Counted from the stretch's first letter, positions 1 to 10,378 are shown. The stretch is 64,000 nt of DNA from a bacterium (GCA_963674595.2 CAXXFV010000015.1:160001-224000); one strand, 5' to 3'. Notes: generated by a model from the letters alone, not told the origin. Program-made: numbers and translations.

Positions 1-213
1 GATGCTATTGCAGCAGCAAATGACATCTCTCCGACCATCGTAGCAAGTGGTATCTCTGTCGCTCTTTTAACCACTATGTTTGGTTTGATCGTAGCTGCAA
101 TTATTCAGATTCTTCATAATTTTTTCGTTTCAAGAATTGATAAGTTAATCATCGATATGGAAGAAAGCTCAAATGAACTCGTCGATGCTTTGATCGCGGT
201 GGAAAAAAAGTAA
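1..213 (+). CDS. exbB: MotA/TolQ/ExbB proton channel, C-terminal part (truncated by window edge)
   Basis: Frame 1 reads DAIAAANDISPTIVASGISVALLTTMFGLIVA...EKK*, containing the G-I-S-x-A-L-x-T-T-x-x-G-L signature; directly upstream of two exbD genes and tonB. Confidence 0.9.
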   Translation, partial: DAIAAANDISPTIVASGISVALLTTMFGLIVAAIIQILHNFFVSRIDKLIIDMEESSNELVDALIAVEKK

Positions 214-233
214 TCGAAACGGAGTGCTTTTAA

Positions 234-638
234 ATGTTTGTAGACAAAAAGAAAAAAGATTCTGTTGAAATTCCAACTTCTTCGTTAGCAGATATTGCTT
301 TTTTGCTATTGGTTTTTTTCCTGGTAACAACAACAATTGCTACCGATAAAGGAATTTCTTTGGCCTTGCCGCCAAAAAGCGATACCCAACTTGAAGTTAA
401 CAAAGATATTTTAACAAATATCTCGATCAATGCAAGTGGTATGGTTATGATGGATGAAGAAGTAATCGATGTCAATTTGATTGCTGAAAGAGTTCGTCAA
501 ATGTTACAACAGAAACCGAATATGATTTTTTCTGTTAAAACATTACGCGATACCAAATACGATGTATATATCGACGTGCTTGATCAATTAAAACAGGCAA
601 ATGCAAAGAAAATATCTATTGCTGAACCTGAATATTAA
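234..638 (+). CDS. exbD: ExbD/TolR biopolymer transport protein
   Basis: IPTSSLADIAFLLLVFFLVTT transmembrane motif with the conserved Asp; operon context. Confidence 0.92.
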   Translation: MFVDKKKKDSVEIPTSSLADIAFLLLVFFLVTTTIATDKGISLALPPKSDTQLEVNKDILTNISINASGMVMMDEEVIDVNLIAERVRQMLQQKPNMIFSVKTLRDTKYDVYIDVLDQLKQANAKKISIAEPEY

Positions 639-678
639 TCAAATAAAATAGTTAAACTAATTATTAGGAGTAAGGACT

Positions 679-1101
679 TTGAAATTTCAAACAAAGTCTA
701 AGGTTGCTAGCGGCATCCCAACTGCTTCTCTTCCAGATATCGTTTTTATGTTACTCATTTTCTTTATGGTAACCACTGTTTTTAAGCAATCGGATGGTCT
801 TACTATTATACTTCCTGACGCAAAAAAAATAGAAAAGCTACCGACAAAACGTGACGTAGCTGTTATATGGGCAGATCGTGAAGGTCAAATAAGTATTGAT
901 GATAGAATGCTGAATGTCAGTGACATTAGAAATGTTGTCTATCAAAAAGCTATTGATCCACTTGTTCCGATCCGATTGGTATCTTTAAGAATCGATAAAG
1001 ATGTTGAAATGGGTAGAGTAACCGAAATACACGAAGAGTTGCGTTCAGTTGGTGAAGCTGCACTTAATGTAAATTATTCTTCACGAACACAAGCAGATTG
1101 A
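679..1101 (+). CDS. exbD: ExbD/TolR biopolymer transport protein (second paralog)
   Basis: IPTASLPDIVFMLLIFFMVTT motif; TTG start with an upstream AGGAG/AAGGA RBS. Confidence 0.92.
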   Translation: MKFQTKSKVASGIPTASLPDIVFMLLIFFMVTTVFKQSDGLTIILPDAKKIEKLPTKRDVAVIWADREGQISIDDRMLNVSDIRNVVYQKAIDPLVPIRLVSLRIDKDVEMGRVTEIHEELRSVGEAALNVNYSSRTQAD

Positions 1102-1102
1102 G

Positions 1103-1759
1103 GTGATGAACATGTTGAGAAAAAATCCAAAAATCAGCCTCAAACTAAAATATAAAAAAAATATCGAACTTGCTCTTGTTCTAACCTTGGCATTATCTGT
1201 TTTTATTTTCCAAGCATGGAAAAGAGTTGAAAAACAGCAAGTTGCGGAACAAAAAGTAGAATTCAAGTTCGAGATTGACGAAATTCCACAAACAGAACAA
1301 ACTAAACGCCCTCCTGCACCCTCAAGACCTTCTATTCCAATTGAGAGTGAAGATGAGGATATACCTGATGATGTTACAATTGATGATACTGAAATAGATT
1401 TTTCGGAATTACCGCCACCTCCACCACCACCGGAGGAAGAGGTTGATGAATCTGCAACAATTTTTGTTGCTTATGATGAACCGCCTCAGCCTATTGGTGG
1501 ATTTGCTTCTATCCAAAAGAATCTGGTTTACCCGGAAATTGCGAGAAAAGCAGGTGTTGAAGGGCGCGTATTTGTAAACGTCCTTATCGATCAAAAGGGT
1601 AATGTAGTTGACACAAAAATCGTTAAATCGCTAGGTAATAACGGTTGTGATGAGGCTGCCGTTGCTGCTATTAAAGCGGTTAAATGGAAACCTGCTAAAC
1701 AACGAGATAAACCCGTTAAGGTATGGGTTGCCATCCCGGTTGTTTTCAAATTGAGATAA
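1103..1759 (+). CDS. tonB: Energy transducer TonB
   Basis: N-terminal TM anchor, Pro-rich linker (PPPPPPP), C-terminal YPEIARKAGVEGRV...WKPAKQRDKPV TonB_C domain. Confidence 0.95.
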   Translation: MMNMLRKNPKISLKLKYKKNIELALVLTLALSVFIFQAWKRVEKQQVAEQKVEFKFEIDEIPQTEQTKRPPAPSRPSIPIESEDEDIPDDVTIDDTEIDFSELPPPPPPPEEEVDESATIFVAYDEPPQPIGGFASIQKNLVYPEIARKAGVEGRVFVNVLIDQKGNVVDTKIVKSLGNNGCDEAAVAAIKAVKWKPAKQRDKPVKVWVAIPVVFKLR

Positions 1760-1764
1760 TTTTT

Positions 1765-1792
1765 AAAGCGGTGTTTTCACCGCTTTTTTTTT
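1765..1792 (+). terminator. Intrinsic terminator after tonB
   Basis: AAAGCGGTG-tttt-CACCGCTTT followed by a T run. Confidence 0.9.
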
Positions 1793-1814
1793 ATTCCAAG
1801 GATCGAGGTTCTCC

Positions 1815-2315
1815 TTGAAAAAGTTTTTTTATTTTTCATTAATTTTTGTGGGTTGTTTTAATCCCTTTGCACCTAAAATAGAAGACATAGGTGAGAGCTC
1901 TCTGGTCATTACCGATCAACAATCCCCTGAACAGGTCCTGGAAAATTTTTTATATGCCTATACATTTAAAGATTCTCTTGTTTATGCTGAATTATTAGAT
2001 AGTTCTTTTGTTTTTGTTTATTTTGATCCAAACCTGGGAAGCTCAGGAAGGTTTGTTTCCTGGGGACGTGATATTGACCTGAAAACAACCGGACGACTTT
2101 TTAGAAGTTTTGATACAATTACATTAACCTGGAACTCGACAATTTACGAAGAAATTGATGATAATATAGGAGAAATGTCAAAAACCCTCAGACTTAATCT
2201 TTTTGGTTCTGCAGGAGATTTTAGTTTGTCCGGCAATGCTATTTTTAATTTTAAAAAATGTTCCTATGATAAAAAATGGCGAATTACTCGCTGGAAAGAC
2301 GAATCCCAGATGTAA
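1815..2315 (+). CDS. Hypothetical lipoprotein
   Basis: Signal peptide ending in lipobox-like FVGC; 166-aa ORF; function unknown. Confidence 0.7.
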   Translation: MKKFFYFSLIFVGCFNPFAPKIEDIGESSLVITDQQSPEQVLENFLYAYTFKDSLVYAELLDSSFVFVYFDPNLGSSGRFVSWGRDIDLKTTGRLFRSFDTITLTWNSTIYEEIDDNIGEMSKTLRLNLFGSAGDFSLSGNAIFNFKKCSYDKKWRITRWKDESQM

Positions 2316-2379
2316 TTTCTTGCAATCCTTGGAAATATATATTATTTTAAATTATAGATAATAGTATGAATTAAAAATT

Positions 2380-2958
2380 GTGTGTGAAATCGTGAATAGT
2401 CCTGAAAAGAAAAAACTGTTTGAAGATATTGCCTTTGAGTATATGGATTCGCTTTATAGTACGGCCTTGAGATTAACAAGGAATACGGAGGAAGCTGAAG
2501 ACCTGATTCAGGATACCTATTTACGTGCCTATCGCTTTTTTGATAAATTTGAAGAAGGTACTAATTTTAAGGCCTGGATTTTCAAGATATTAACCAATAC
2601 GTTTATTAACAAATACAGGAAAAAGGTTCGTACTCCTCAACAGGTTCAGCTTGAAAAAGTTGAATTTGGCCTGGAAAATAAGGATGATTATCAGGAAGAA
2701 ACCGAATGGGAAGGATTTGAGGAGGAAAAATATAATGAACTTTTTGACGATGATATAAAGAGCGCTTTAGCACAATTATCCACAGAATTTCGGATGGTTA
2801 TTTTGTTGGCTGATGTTGAACAATTTTCATACAAGGAAATTGCTCAAATGATTGACAGACCGATTGGAACGGTCATGTCACGACTCTTTCGGGGGAGAAG
2901 AATGCTGCAAAAAATTTTAGAAAACTATGCTAAAGATGAGGGATATATTAAAGAATAA
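2380..2958 (+). CDS. ECF sigma-70 family RNA polymerase sigma factor (SigR/SigH-like)
   Basis: Region 2 (AEDLIQDTYLRAY...TNFKAWIFKILTNTFIN) and region 4 (FSYKEIA...PIGTVMSRLFRGR). Confidence 0.93.
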   Translation: MCEIVNSPEKKKLFEDIAFEYMDSLYSTALRLTRNTEEAEDLIQDTYLRAYRFFDKFEEGTNFKAWIFKILTNTFINKYRKKVRTPQQVQLEKVEFGLENKDDYQEETEWEGFEEEKYNELFDDDIKSALAQLSTEFRMVILLADVEQFSYKEIAQMIDRPIGTVMSRLFRGRRMLQKILENYAKDEGYIKE

Positions 2959-3065
2959 ATTTTGAGACAAAATCAAACTTGATGCATCTAAACATTATTA
3001 AATTGAAAGAATTTCAAAAAGAAATTCTTTTTTCTTTAATGGTTATATTCACAAAGATGAGGTTA

Positions 3066-4872
3066 ATGATGAGACGAGTAATCGTTATTTTATTTGTATC
3101 AGTTTTATTGATTACAAACCTGTTTGCACAATTCCAGTCGCCTAATGTACTAGATGCAGAAATTTTTTCGTCGCAGGACAAATTGGCCCGTGGTAAAGTT
3201 TTAAAAATTGCTGTTGTTTTAGATATTACGGATGGGTTGCATATAAATTCCAACGCTCCCAGGAGTGAATTTGCAATTCCTACAGTTATTAAACTCACCC
3301 CCATTGAACATATCACTTTTTCTGAATTTGACTATCCGGAACCCCTTTTAAAATCTTTTTCTTTTTCAGAAGAAAAACTATCTGTATTTGAAGGCAAAGT
3401 TATTGCCTATGCAAATATTCATGCTTTACCTGAATTGACTCCGGGTAATCTCAAAATTAAAGCAACTGTTTCATATCAGGGGTGCGATGATCAGGTCTGT
3501 TTTGCTCCTGAAGAGAAAAATTTAGAGTTATTAATAACCGTTGTTGACAGTACCTCTGAGATTAAAGAAATAAATCAAGGTATCTTTGCCTCTCTTGATG
3601 TTCCTAATAAGCAAGCAGGTGCTGATGATTCAATTTTTACGTCCGATGAGTTAAAGGCCAAACAAATAATTGATAAAGGATTTCTTTACGCTGTTTTTGC
3701 GTTTTTTATTGTCGGCCTGGCTTTAAATTTGACTCCCTGCGTTTATCCGGTTATTCCTTTAACCGTGACCTATTTTGGCGGACAAAGTGCTACTAGTAAA
3801 AGTTCAGCCTTTTTTAAAGCGCTTTTTTACGTGGTTGGTATTGCCATCGCTTTTGCTGTTTTGGGGCTTTTGTCCGGGCTTGCGGGAAAGCAATGGGGAT
3901 TTTTATTTCAAAGTCCGTGGTTTATTGTTTTTATAACGTTAATAATTTTGTCAATGGCGGCCAGTCTTTTTGGTGTTTTTGAAATAACAGTGCCACAGGC
4001 TTTGATGTCTAAAATCGGCAGCGGACGTGAAGGTGTTGCAGGCTCTTTAATTATGGGATTAACTGTTGGGGTTGTAATCGCTCCATGTGCTGCCGGAATA
4101 ATTATCGGCTTGGTTGGTCTTGTTGCAAAACTGGGACTTGTGGTTAAAGGTACCTTTTTGTTTTTTCTCATGGGTTTAGGTCTCGGACTTCCTTATTTGT
4201 TCCTGGCCATGTTTTCCGGCCTGCTTGAAAAATTACCGCAATCCGGCATGTGGATGGTTTGGATTAGAAAATTTTTTGGTATGATTTTAATCGGCGTTGC
4301 CGTCTATTTCTTTTTACCGCAGCTTGAGCGTGTTTATGATAAATTAGGTTTTCTGTTGGGTTTAATTACTGTTTTTAGCGGTTTGTTATTAGGTTTTCTC
4401 GATCACGAAGCCGGATATACAAAAGCCTTTAAAATTGGCAAAAGTGTTTTTGGTATTTTGCTAATTGTTTTTGGAATTTTCCTTGTCAATAATGCAATCC
4501 ATGCCAAAGGCTCTGATATCGACTGGAACCATTATAACGGACAACGTATCGAACAGTTGGTTGAAAATGACAAGCCGGTATTTATCGATTTTTATGCTGA
4601 CTGGTGTGCGCCGTGTAAACAGTTGGACCGTGAAACTTTTACGGATAAAAATGTTGTGGAAATTTCCAAAAATTTTAATATGATTAAAGTAGACTGTACG
4701 GCGCCCGATGCCATCACCAAATCTTTTATGGATAAATTTAAGGTGAGTGGTATGCCGACACTGGTTTTTTTTATCAAAAGATGGTAAAGAAGACCCGGCA
4801 TTACGTGAGATAGGATTTGTCGGGCCGGAAGAATTTGTAAAAAGTATGAACAAGGTTTTAGACAGCCAATAG
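3066..4872 (+). CDS. dsbD: Thiol:disulfide interchange protein DsbD (alpha, TM and thioredoxin domains), with a 1-nt frameshift in the T8 run at 4765-4772
   Basis: QGCDDQVC (alpha), LTPCVYP and IAPC (TM Cys pair), WCAPCK and GMPT (thioredoxin). Removing one T gives the C-terminus LVFLSKDGKEDPALREIGFVGPEEFVKSMNKVLDSQ* ending at 4872. Start placed at ATG 3066/3069 after GAGG. Confidence 0.9.
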
Positions 4873-4893
4873 ATAATTTGTACAGGAGAAAAA

Positions 4894-5895
4894 ATGTTTT
4901 TCCCGGAATCTCTGGATAACAAATCATTTCGCTTGTTTGTTCAACGGACTGTTTTGCTTTACAGAGAAAAGAAATCTCTTTCAAAAACCGAACAGGACAT
5001 TGCTTATCTAATTGCAGAGCACCCAAATATCGGCAGATATTTTAATCAAAAATTTGATGTTTATGAAAATTTTAAAGATGATAATAATCCCTATAAAATA
5101 TTGGGTGCTCTTTATCAGATTTATAAACAGATGTCGGATGATAAGCCACAAGGTCTTCGCCTGCTGGTTAAAGAAAATTTTCCCTCCACCTATCCGGAAA
5201 AACAAATTCGTCAACTACTTGCCGATGGTTACCTGGAATTGTTAAAAAAAGAAAAATTAGGTAAACACTTTAACAATGAAATTTATTTACAGGAGATGAA
5301 TTTTTACATAAAGGAAAATTTTGCACAGTCAAAAGAAGATTTGAAAGGAAAAAGGAGCCAGTCCGAACTTGCTGAAACCGATAGTTATTATAACAGATCT
5401 GCTATAAATAATTCATTTAACTCTTTAAACCGTTCATTTTATAAACAAATGAATGAAAAAGATATTGTCCTGCCTTTAAGCCTTGTTGCCGCTTTTAAGA
5501 ATCTGTCTTCTGAGTGGATTGAAGCAATTTCAAATTTTTGGAAAAGGCCATCCTTCCCGGCAAAATACGACCGGATTATGGACCTGGAAAAAGTTTTTAA
5601 AAGTCCGGAATTTATTAATAACGTAACAAAATGTTTGACCTCAAAAGAAAAGCAAGCCCTGCAAATGCTGCTTGATAATGAGGGGTATATAAAATATGGT
5701 AAAATGATTAAGGTTTTTGGTGATGAAGAATCTGATAATTACTGGTGGACACAACAGGCCCCCAAATCTATCCTGGGTCAGCTAAGATATAAAGGCCTTG
5801 TATTCGCGGGCAGAGCAAAGTTAACAACTAATAAATACAAGATAATACTCATACCCTACGATTTAATTCCGATAATAAAAAACACTCTAGTTTAA
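4894..5895 (+). CDS. Hypothetical protein: DUF1841-like N-terminus plus a possible winged-helix-like C-terminus
   Basis: LSKTEQDIAYLIAEHP and NPYKILGALYQIYKQMSDDKPQGLR resemble the DUF1841 pattern as recalled; AGGAG RBS. Confidence 0.55.
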   Translation: MFFPESLDNKSFRLFVQRTVLLYREKKSLSKTEQDIAYLIAEHPNIGRYFNQKFDVYENFKDDNNPYKILGALYQIYKQMSDDKPQGLRLLVKENFPSTYPEKQIRQLLADGYLELLKKEKLGKHFNNEIYLQEMNFYIKENFAQSKEDLKGKRSQSELAETDSYYNRSAINNSFNSLNRSFYKQMNEKDIVLPLSLVAAFKNLSSEWIEAISNFWKRPSFPAKYDRIMDLEKVFKSPEFINNVTKCLTSKEKQALQMLLDNEGYIKYGKMIKVFGDEESDNYWWTQQAPKSILGQLRYKGLVFAGRAKLTTNKYKIILIPYDLIPIIKNTLV

Positions 5896-5909
5896 AAAGG
5901 TTATTAAAA

Positions 5910-7655
5910 ATGCGTTTTTTTCTATTTTTTGCAGCATTTTTTTATGCCGGATTTTCTTATTCAACACCCACAGATTCACTATGGATTAATGTTACTTTTC
6001 CTGCGACGGGGGATACATTTGCTGTAGATTATTTACGAGTTTCCGGAAACACAAATCCGTTGGCCCGTGTTTTTGTCAATGATTCTAGCGTAAAGGTTTA
6101 TCCTCACGGCGCTTTTGTGAGCAGAGTAAAGTTAAAACCCTTTATGAACAAGGTCGATGTTCGTGTCGAAAAAGATGGAATTGTTAAAGACAATAATATA
6201 TTTGTTTTTCGAGATCCCCCTTTGGAATCCTATCCAAAAGTGCCGACCCGTTTTGATTTTAGAATGATGCAGCCTGAGAATGATGTTTGGATTATGCCGG
6301 GCGATTATTTAACCTGCCGGGTTAAGGCAAGTCCACAGGCTGATGTCTTTTTTTCCATAAACCAGGTTATTAAAAGAGCACAAATGGTTGAAATTAAAGA
6401 AAACAACCTTGAAGGTATTTATGTTGGACAGATTAAAATACCGAATGGAGATTATGATCAGCCATTAAAAATTTTATATGAAATGCGGGGAATAGACGGA
6501 CGTAAAGTGAAAGCTGAAAATTCAGGCAAAATTTATATTATGCAGCAAAAAATACCTGTTATCGGCATGACGAATTCTGAAACAATGTTGCATAGTATCA
6601 GCGAGGGATATGATCCTGTCGGCAGAATTCCCGATTCCGTCAAAGTCCATATTGTCGGTAAATCGTCGGAGCGTATCAAAATAAAGCTGGGTGAAAATAC
6701 CGTCTTTGTCGATGTGAATGATATATCGCTTTTACCTCTTGGAACGCCTCTGCCGGAAACGAATGTTTCTGCTCCGTATATACAGGTAAAGCCGCGCGAA
6801 TATCAGCTAATTATGAACGTTGACGAATACGTCCCCTTTCTATTGGATAAAAAAGATAATACAGTTGTATTGACCCTGTTTGGCGGAAAAGTCGCCTCGC
6901 ATTGGATTACTTATCCAAATTATGATACCGGTATAGAACATATCTCTATTTCGAACAAAAGTCCGGATATAACGGTGGTTAAAGTAACGCTGCCGCAGGA
7001 ACCGGCCTGGGGCTACAGCGCTCAATATGATAATGGCAAGCTGGTGCTGAAAATTCGGCGTCCTTTCCAGGGTACAAGTCAGGATATTAATTCGTTAAAA
7101 GGGCTTACAATTGCTATCGATCCCGGACATGGCGGAGAATATACAGGAGCAATAAGCCCGACAGGATTACTGGAAAAAAATGTAAACCTGGACTGGGCAA
7201 AGTATCTGGAGCTTTTTTGTGAAAATGCCGGCGCCAGGGTTATTTTAACCCGCTATTCGGATGAGCATGTTTCCTTGTTGGATCGTATGAATATTGCCCG
7301 AAATGAAAGCGCAGATATATTTATCTCTCTGCATAATAATGCCACAAGTCCGGGTGGAAATCCGTTAAGGGCCCGTGGGACAAGCGTGTATTTTAGCTTG
7401 CCTCAAAATATGGATTTGGCTTGGAACGTTTATCCTTATTTGGTTAAATTGGGGCTTATACCCTATGGCCGCGTGCAAAACAGTTACTTTTTAACGACTT
7501 TTCCGGATATGCCGGTTTTGTTGGTTGAGGGCGCTTTTTTAACAAGCCCGGATGACGAACAATTATTTCTAAATGAACGGTTTTTATATAATCTTGCCCA
7601 GGCGGTTTTTAATGGTATAATGGATTTTGTTTTTTCTCAAGCCGCCAAAAAATAA
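5910..7655 (+). CDS. N-acetylmuramoyl-L-alanine amidase (Amidase_3) with N-terminal accessory domains
   Basis: Zn-amidase motifs IAIDPGHGG, EKNVNL, ISLHNNA, LLVEGAF; signal peptide. Confidence 0.92.
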   Translation: MRFFLFFAAFFYAGFSYSTPTDSLWINVTFPATGDTFAVDYLRVSGNTNPLARVFVNDSSVKVYPHGAFVSRVKLKPFMNKVDVRVEKDGIVKDNNIFVFRDPPLESYPKVPTRFDFRMMQPENDVWIMPGDYLTCRVKASPQADVFFSINQVIKRAQMVEIKENNLEGIYVGQIKIPNGDYDQPLKILYEMRGIDGRKVKAENSGKIYIMQQKIPVIGMTNSETMLHSISEGYDPVGRIPDSVKVHIVGKSSERIKIKLGENTVFVDVNDISLLPLGTPLPETNVSAPYIQVKPREYQLIMNVDEYVPFLLDKKDNTVVLTLFGGKVASHWITYPNYDTGIEHISISNKSPDITVVKVTLPQEPAWGYSAQYDNGKLVLKIRRPFQGTSQDINSLKGLTIAIDPGHGGEYTGAISPTGLLEKNVNLDWAKYLELFCENAGARVILTRYSDEHVSLLDRMNIARNESADIFISLHNNATSPGGNPLRARGTSVYFSLPQNMDLAWNVYPYLVKLGLIPYGRVQNSYFLTTFPDMPVLLVEGAFLTSPDDEQLFLNERFLYNLAQAVFNGIMDFVFSQAAKK

Positions 7656-7672
7656 CCTAGTCTGGAGGTTTT

Positions 7673-9004
7673 ATGCGTGTTTTATTATTGAGCTTACTGG
7701 TTGTCTTTTTTGCATGCATGAAAGTTGATAATGGCTTTTATGATACGCAAAAGGAAATTAACATATTTCAATCAGATAACCATGTTGCGTTTCCGAGTAT
7801 TGAAAAGTTGAATGAACGTGAATTTGTGTGTGTTTTCCGTACCGGTAGTGGTCATGCTTCTCCTGATGGGAAAATTTTATTGGCCCGTTCTTTAAACAAG
7901 GGTCAATCCTGGGCGGCTCCGGACACTATTATTACAACAAAGCTGGATTGCCGTGATCCTTCTATTGCCATGCTTGAAGACGGTTCGTTGATTCTTAATT
8001 TTTTTCAGACAAAGTACGATAATAAAGGAAAATTATTACACGTTGTTGGTGTTTTTGTGTCAAAGTCTTTTGACGATGGGCAAACTTGGACTAGTCCAAG
8101 AATGGTTTTGACCGAAGACTATGAATGGATGGCCTGTTCATCAAAGATTTTAGAGGATGATGACGGACGGTTATTGTTGCCGCTGTATGGCAAAAAAATC
8201 GGAGAGAGCGAACAGGCAGTGTTATATTTTTCGGAAAACAGCGGAAAGACCTGGAATTTTCTATCAACCATTGCTTATGATTCAACCCATCAGTTAAGCT
8301 ATCAGGAACCGGTTTTGCTTAAAATGTCTGATGACCGTCTTTTGTGTGTTTTGCGGACAACGGACGAAAACCATTTTCAGTATCAATGTATTTCCGGGGA
8401 TGGAGGAAAAACGTGGAGTTTACCGCAGAATACACACCTTCAGGGGCAGGCTGCCGGGCTTTTAATGACCTCCGGCAACTTGTTGTATTGCGCCTACCGG
8501 GATTTTTCTCCCAACGGTACAAGTATGGCTGTTAGTTATAATAACGGACTTTTCTATGAAAATGAGGTTATCATAAAAACCGGTACCAAAGATCGAGGTT
8601 ACCCGGAGCTCATAAAAGTGGATGAGAATTATATTTACTGCTGTTACTATAATACTACGGGAAAATACGGTATTTATGGACGGTTTTTCAGGATATGCAG
8701 CCCGGAGGCACCTGATGGTTTTAGTGCTTCCATACAAAAGGATTCGACCATATTAATGCGTTGGAACAGGGTCGAGAACGCCCATTATTATAATGTATAT
8801 CGAACGGAACGTGTTGGTAATAGTGAAGGCCCAGAAAAAGATTGGAATTTAATAGCATCGGTTGCCGAGAATTTTTATTTGGATAACAGGGTAGAGAAAG
8901 GAAAAGAATACAAATATGCTGTTAAAAGTGTGGCAAGCAGTGCCGAACTTTTACAGGATAGCGGTGCAGTGAGCGAGTTTTCTAAAAGAGTGACTGTAAA
9001 TTAA
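7673..9004 (+). CDS. BNR/Asp-box (sialidase-like) beta-propeller lipoprotein with C-terminal fibronectin type III domain
   Basis: Asp boxes SLNKGQSW, SFDDGQTW, SENSGKTW, SGDGGKTW, SYNNG; lipobox FFAC; FN3 pattern LMRWNRV..YNVYR...YKYAVKSV. Confidence 0.85.
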   Translation: MRVLLLSLLVVFFACMKVDNGFYDTQKEINIFQSDNHVAFPSIEKLNEREFVCVFRTGSGHASPDGKILLARSLNKGQSWAAPDTIITTKLDCRDPSIAMLEDGSLILNFFQTKYDNKGKLLHVVGVFVSKSFDDGQTWTSPRMVLTEDYEWMACSSKILEDDDGRLLLPLYGKKIGESEQAVLYFSENSGKTWNFLSTIAYDSTHQLSYQEPVLLKMSDDRLLCVLRTTDENHFQYQCISGDGGKTWSLPQNTHLQGQAAGLLMTSGNLLYCAYRDFSPNGTSMAVSYNNGLFYENEVIIKTGTKDRGYPELIKVDENYIYCCYYNTTGKYGIYGRFFRICSPEAPDGFSASIQKDSTILMRWNRVENAHYYNVYRTERVGNSEGPEKDWNLIASVAENFYLDNRVEKGKEYKYAVKSVASSAELLQDSGAVSEFSKRVTVN

Positions 9005-9031
9005 CGAGTCATTTTTATAAAAAGAAAGGGC

Positions 9032-9436
9032 TTGAGTATGAATGCCATAGCACCTCAAATTATTGATCTTGAAGAAGCACAGGTGACTGCTTTTAACAAT
9101 GATCATATCGAAGAGATTATAACTTTTTTCCATCCGGAATTTGTTGGATTTTCATCAACCAAACATGAGCGTATTGCCGGGTTGCAGGCTTTGTATGAAA
9201 CTTTTGAGTTTTATAGCAATGAAGCTGATAAAATAGAGTATGAAATCGATCAACCCACTGTTCAGGTTGCGGGCGATTCAGCGGTTATTACTTTTTATTG
9301 GGCCGTTACAATTCATAAGAATCAAAAAACACAGACAGTTAAAGGCCGTGGAAGCCATGTGTATATACAAACAGATGGTGACTGGAAAATTATTCACGAA
9401 CACTTTTCACGCGCCCATCATCACATTGACAATTAA
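9032..9436 (+). CDS. SnoaL/NTF2-like (DUF4440-type) protein
   Basis: C-terminal GRGSHVY...DGDWKIIHEHFS pattern typical of the NTF2-like fold. Confidence 0.8.
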   Translation: MSMNAIAPQIIDLEEAQVTAFNNDHIEEIITFFHPEFVGFSSTKHERIAGLQALYETFEFYSNEADKIEYEIDQPTVQVAGDSAVITFYWAVTIHKNQKTQTVKGRGSHVYIQTDGDWKIIHEHFSRAHHHIDN

Positions 9437-9440
9437 ACGA

Positions 9441-10202
9441 TTAAACCTGTAAAATTTTTTCCGTATATGTGTTGAGGGTTTCTGAAATCGGCTTTTCAAG
9501 TTTCTCATCCAGAGCTGCGATAATTGTTTTTGCCGTTTTATATGGTGTGGTTTCACTGGAGTTGATAACCATATCATAATTCAGTGGATCATTGGGATCT
9601 TTACGGAAAAAGCGTTTAATATAATCCATTCGTTCCTTATCAACACGCATTACCAATTTTTTTGCCTCTTTAAGCGAGAGCTTTTTTGTCAATGCAATTT
9701 TGTCTATGCGACATTCCAATGGCGCTGTAATAAATACACGCATACTGAAATCGTTATGCAAAACAAAATTAGCTCCCCGGCCAAAAATAATGGCCTGACC
9801 ATGTTCTGCAATAGCGACTAAAACAGCTATCAAGTGTTGAAAATATTTATCGTTTCCCAGGGCCTCTCTGTCTAAAATTGTCTGCATCCAGTTCGACATA
9901 TCGTTTTGCCGTTTTTCGTCCAGTGATTCAACGATTCTGCTGCGTACATTGGTTGTTTCGGCGATGTATTGGACCAGTTCACGATCATAAACCTGCCAAT
10001 TTAAAATATTTCCCAGCTCGTTTGCGGTATCAATACCACCTGCCCCAAATGTACGGGAAATTGTTATAAATGCCTGCTGCCAGGGATTGTCAGATTTGTG
10101 AGTTTGGTTTTCCAGGGCCAGCTTTTTTTTAACTTCCCACAAAGCTATTTGACTTGAAACCAATTTTTCCCATTTTAATTGGTCTCCTTTTTCCATTTTC
10201 AT
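9441..10202 (-). CDS. Cytidylate kinase-like family protein
   Basis: ITISRTFGAGG P-loop variant, IIFGRGANFVL, D..R..Y...F....DPLNYDMVINS. Confidence 0.88.
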   Translation of the reverse strand: MKMEKGDQLKWEKLVSSQIALWEVKKKLALENQTHKSDNPWQQAFITISRTFGAGGIDTANELGNILNWQVYDRELVQYIAETTNVRSRIVESLDEKRQNDMSNWMQTILDREALGNDKYFQHLIAVLVAIAEHGQAIIFGRGANFVLHNDFSMRVFITAPLECRIDKIALTKKLSLKEAKKLVMRVDKERMDYIKRFFRKDPNDPLNYDMVINSSETTPYKTAKTIIAALDEKLEKPISETLNTYTEKILQV

Positions 10203-10292
10203 TTTACTCTCCTTTCAATTGGATAAAAATCAAAGAGAGGTCAGAATAACGGTCCAAGTTATGAATAGCGGAGTAGAATAAGCCTCTATTTC

Positions 10293-10321
10293 AGTATATG
10301 AAAAGTATTTTGAAATGTCAA
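10293..10321 (-). promoter_or_regulatory. Sigma70-type promoter of the cytidylate kinase-like gene
   Basis: Minus strand TTGACA-N17-TATACT. Confidence 0.75.
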
Positions 10322-10378
10322 TAGCGCCGCAATATTTGTAAAGGGGTGTGTTGAATATTCTACTCTTTTGCCTGAAAT

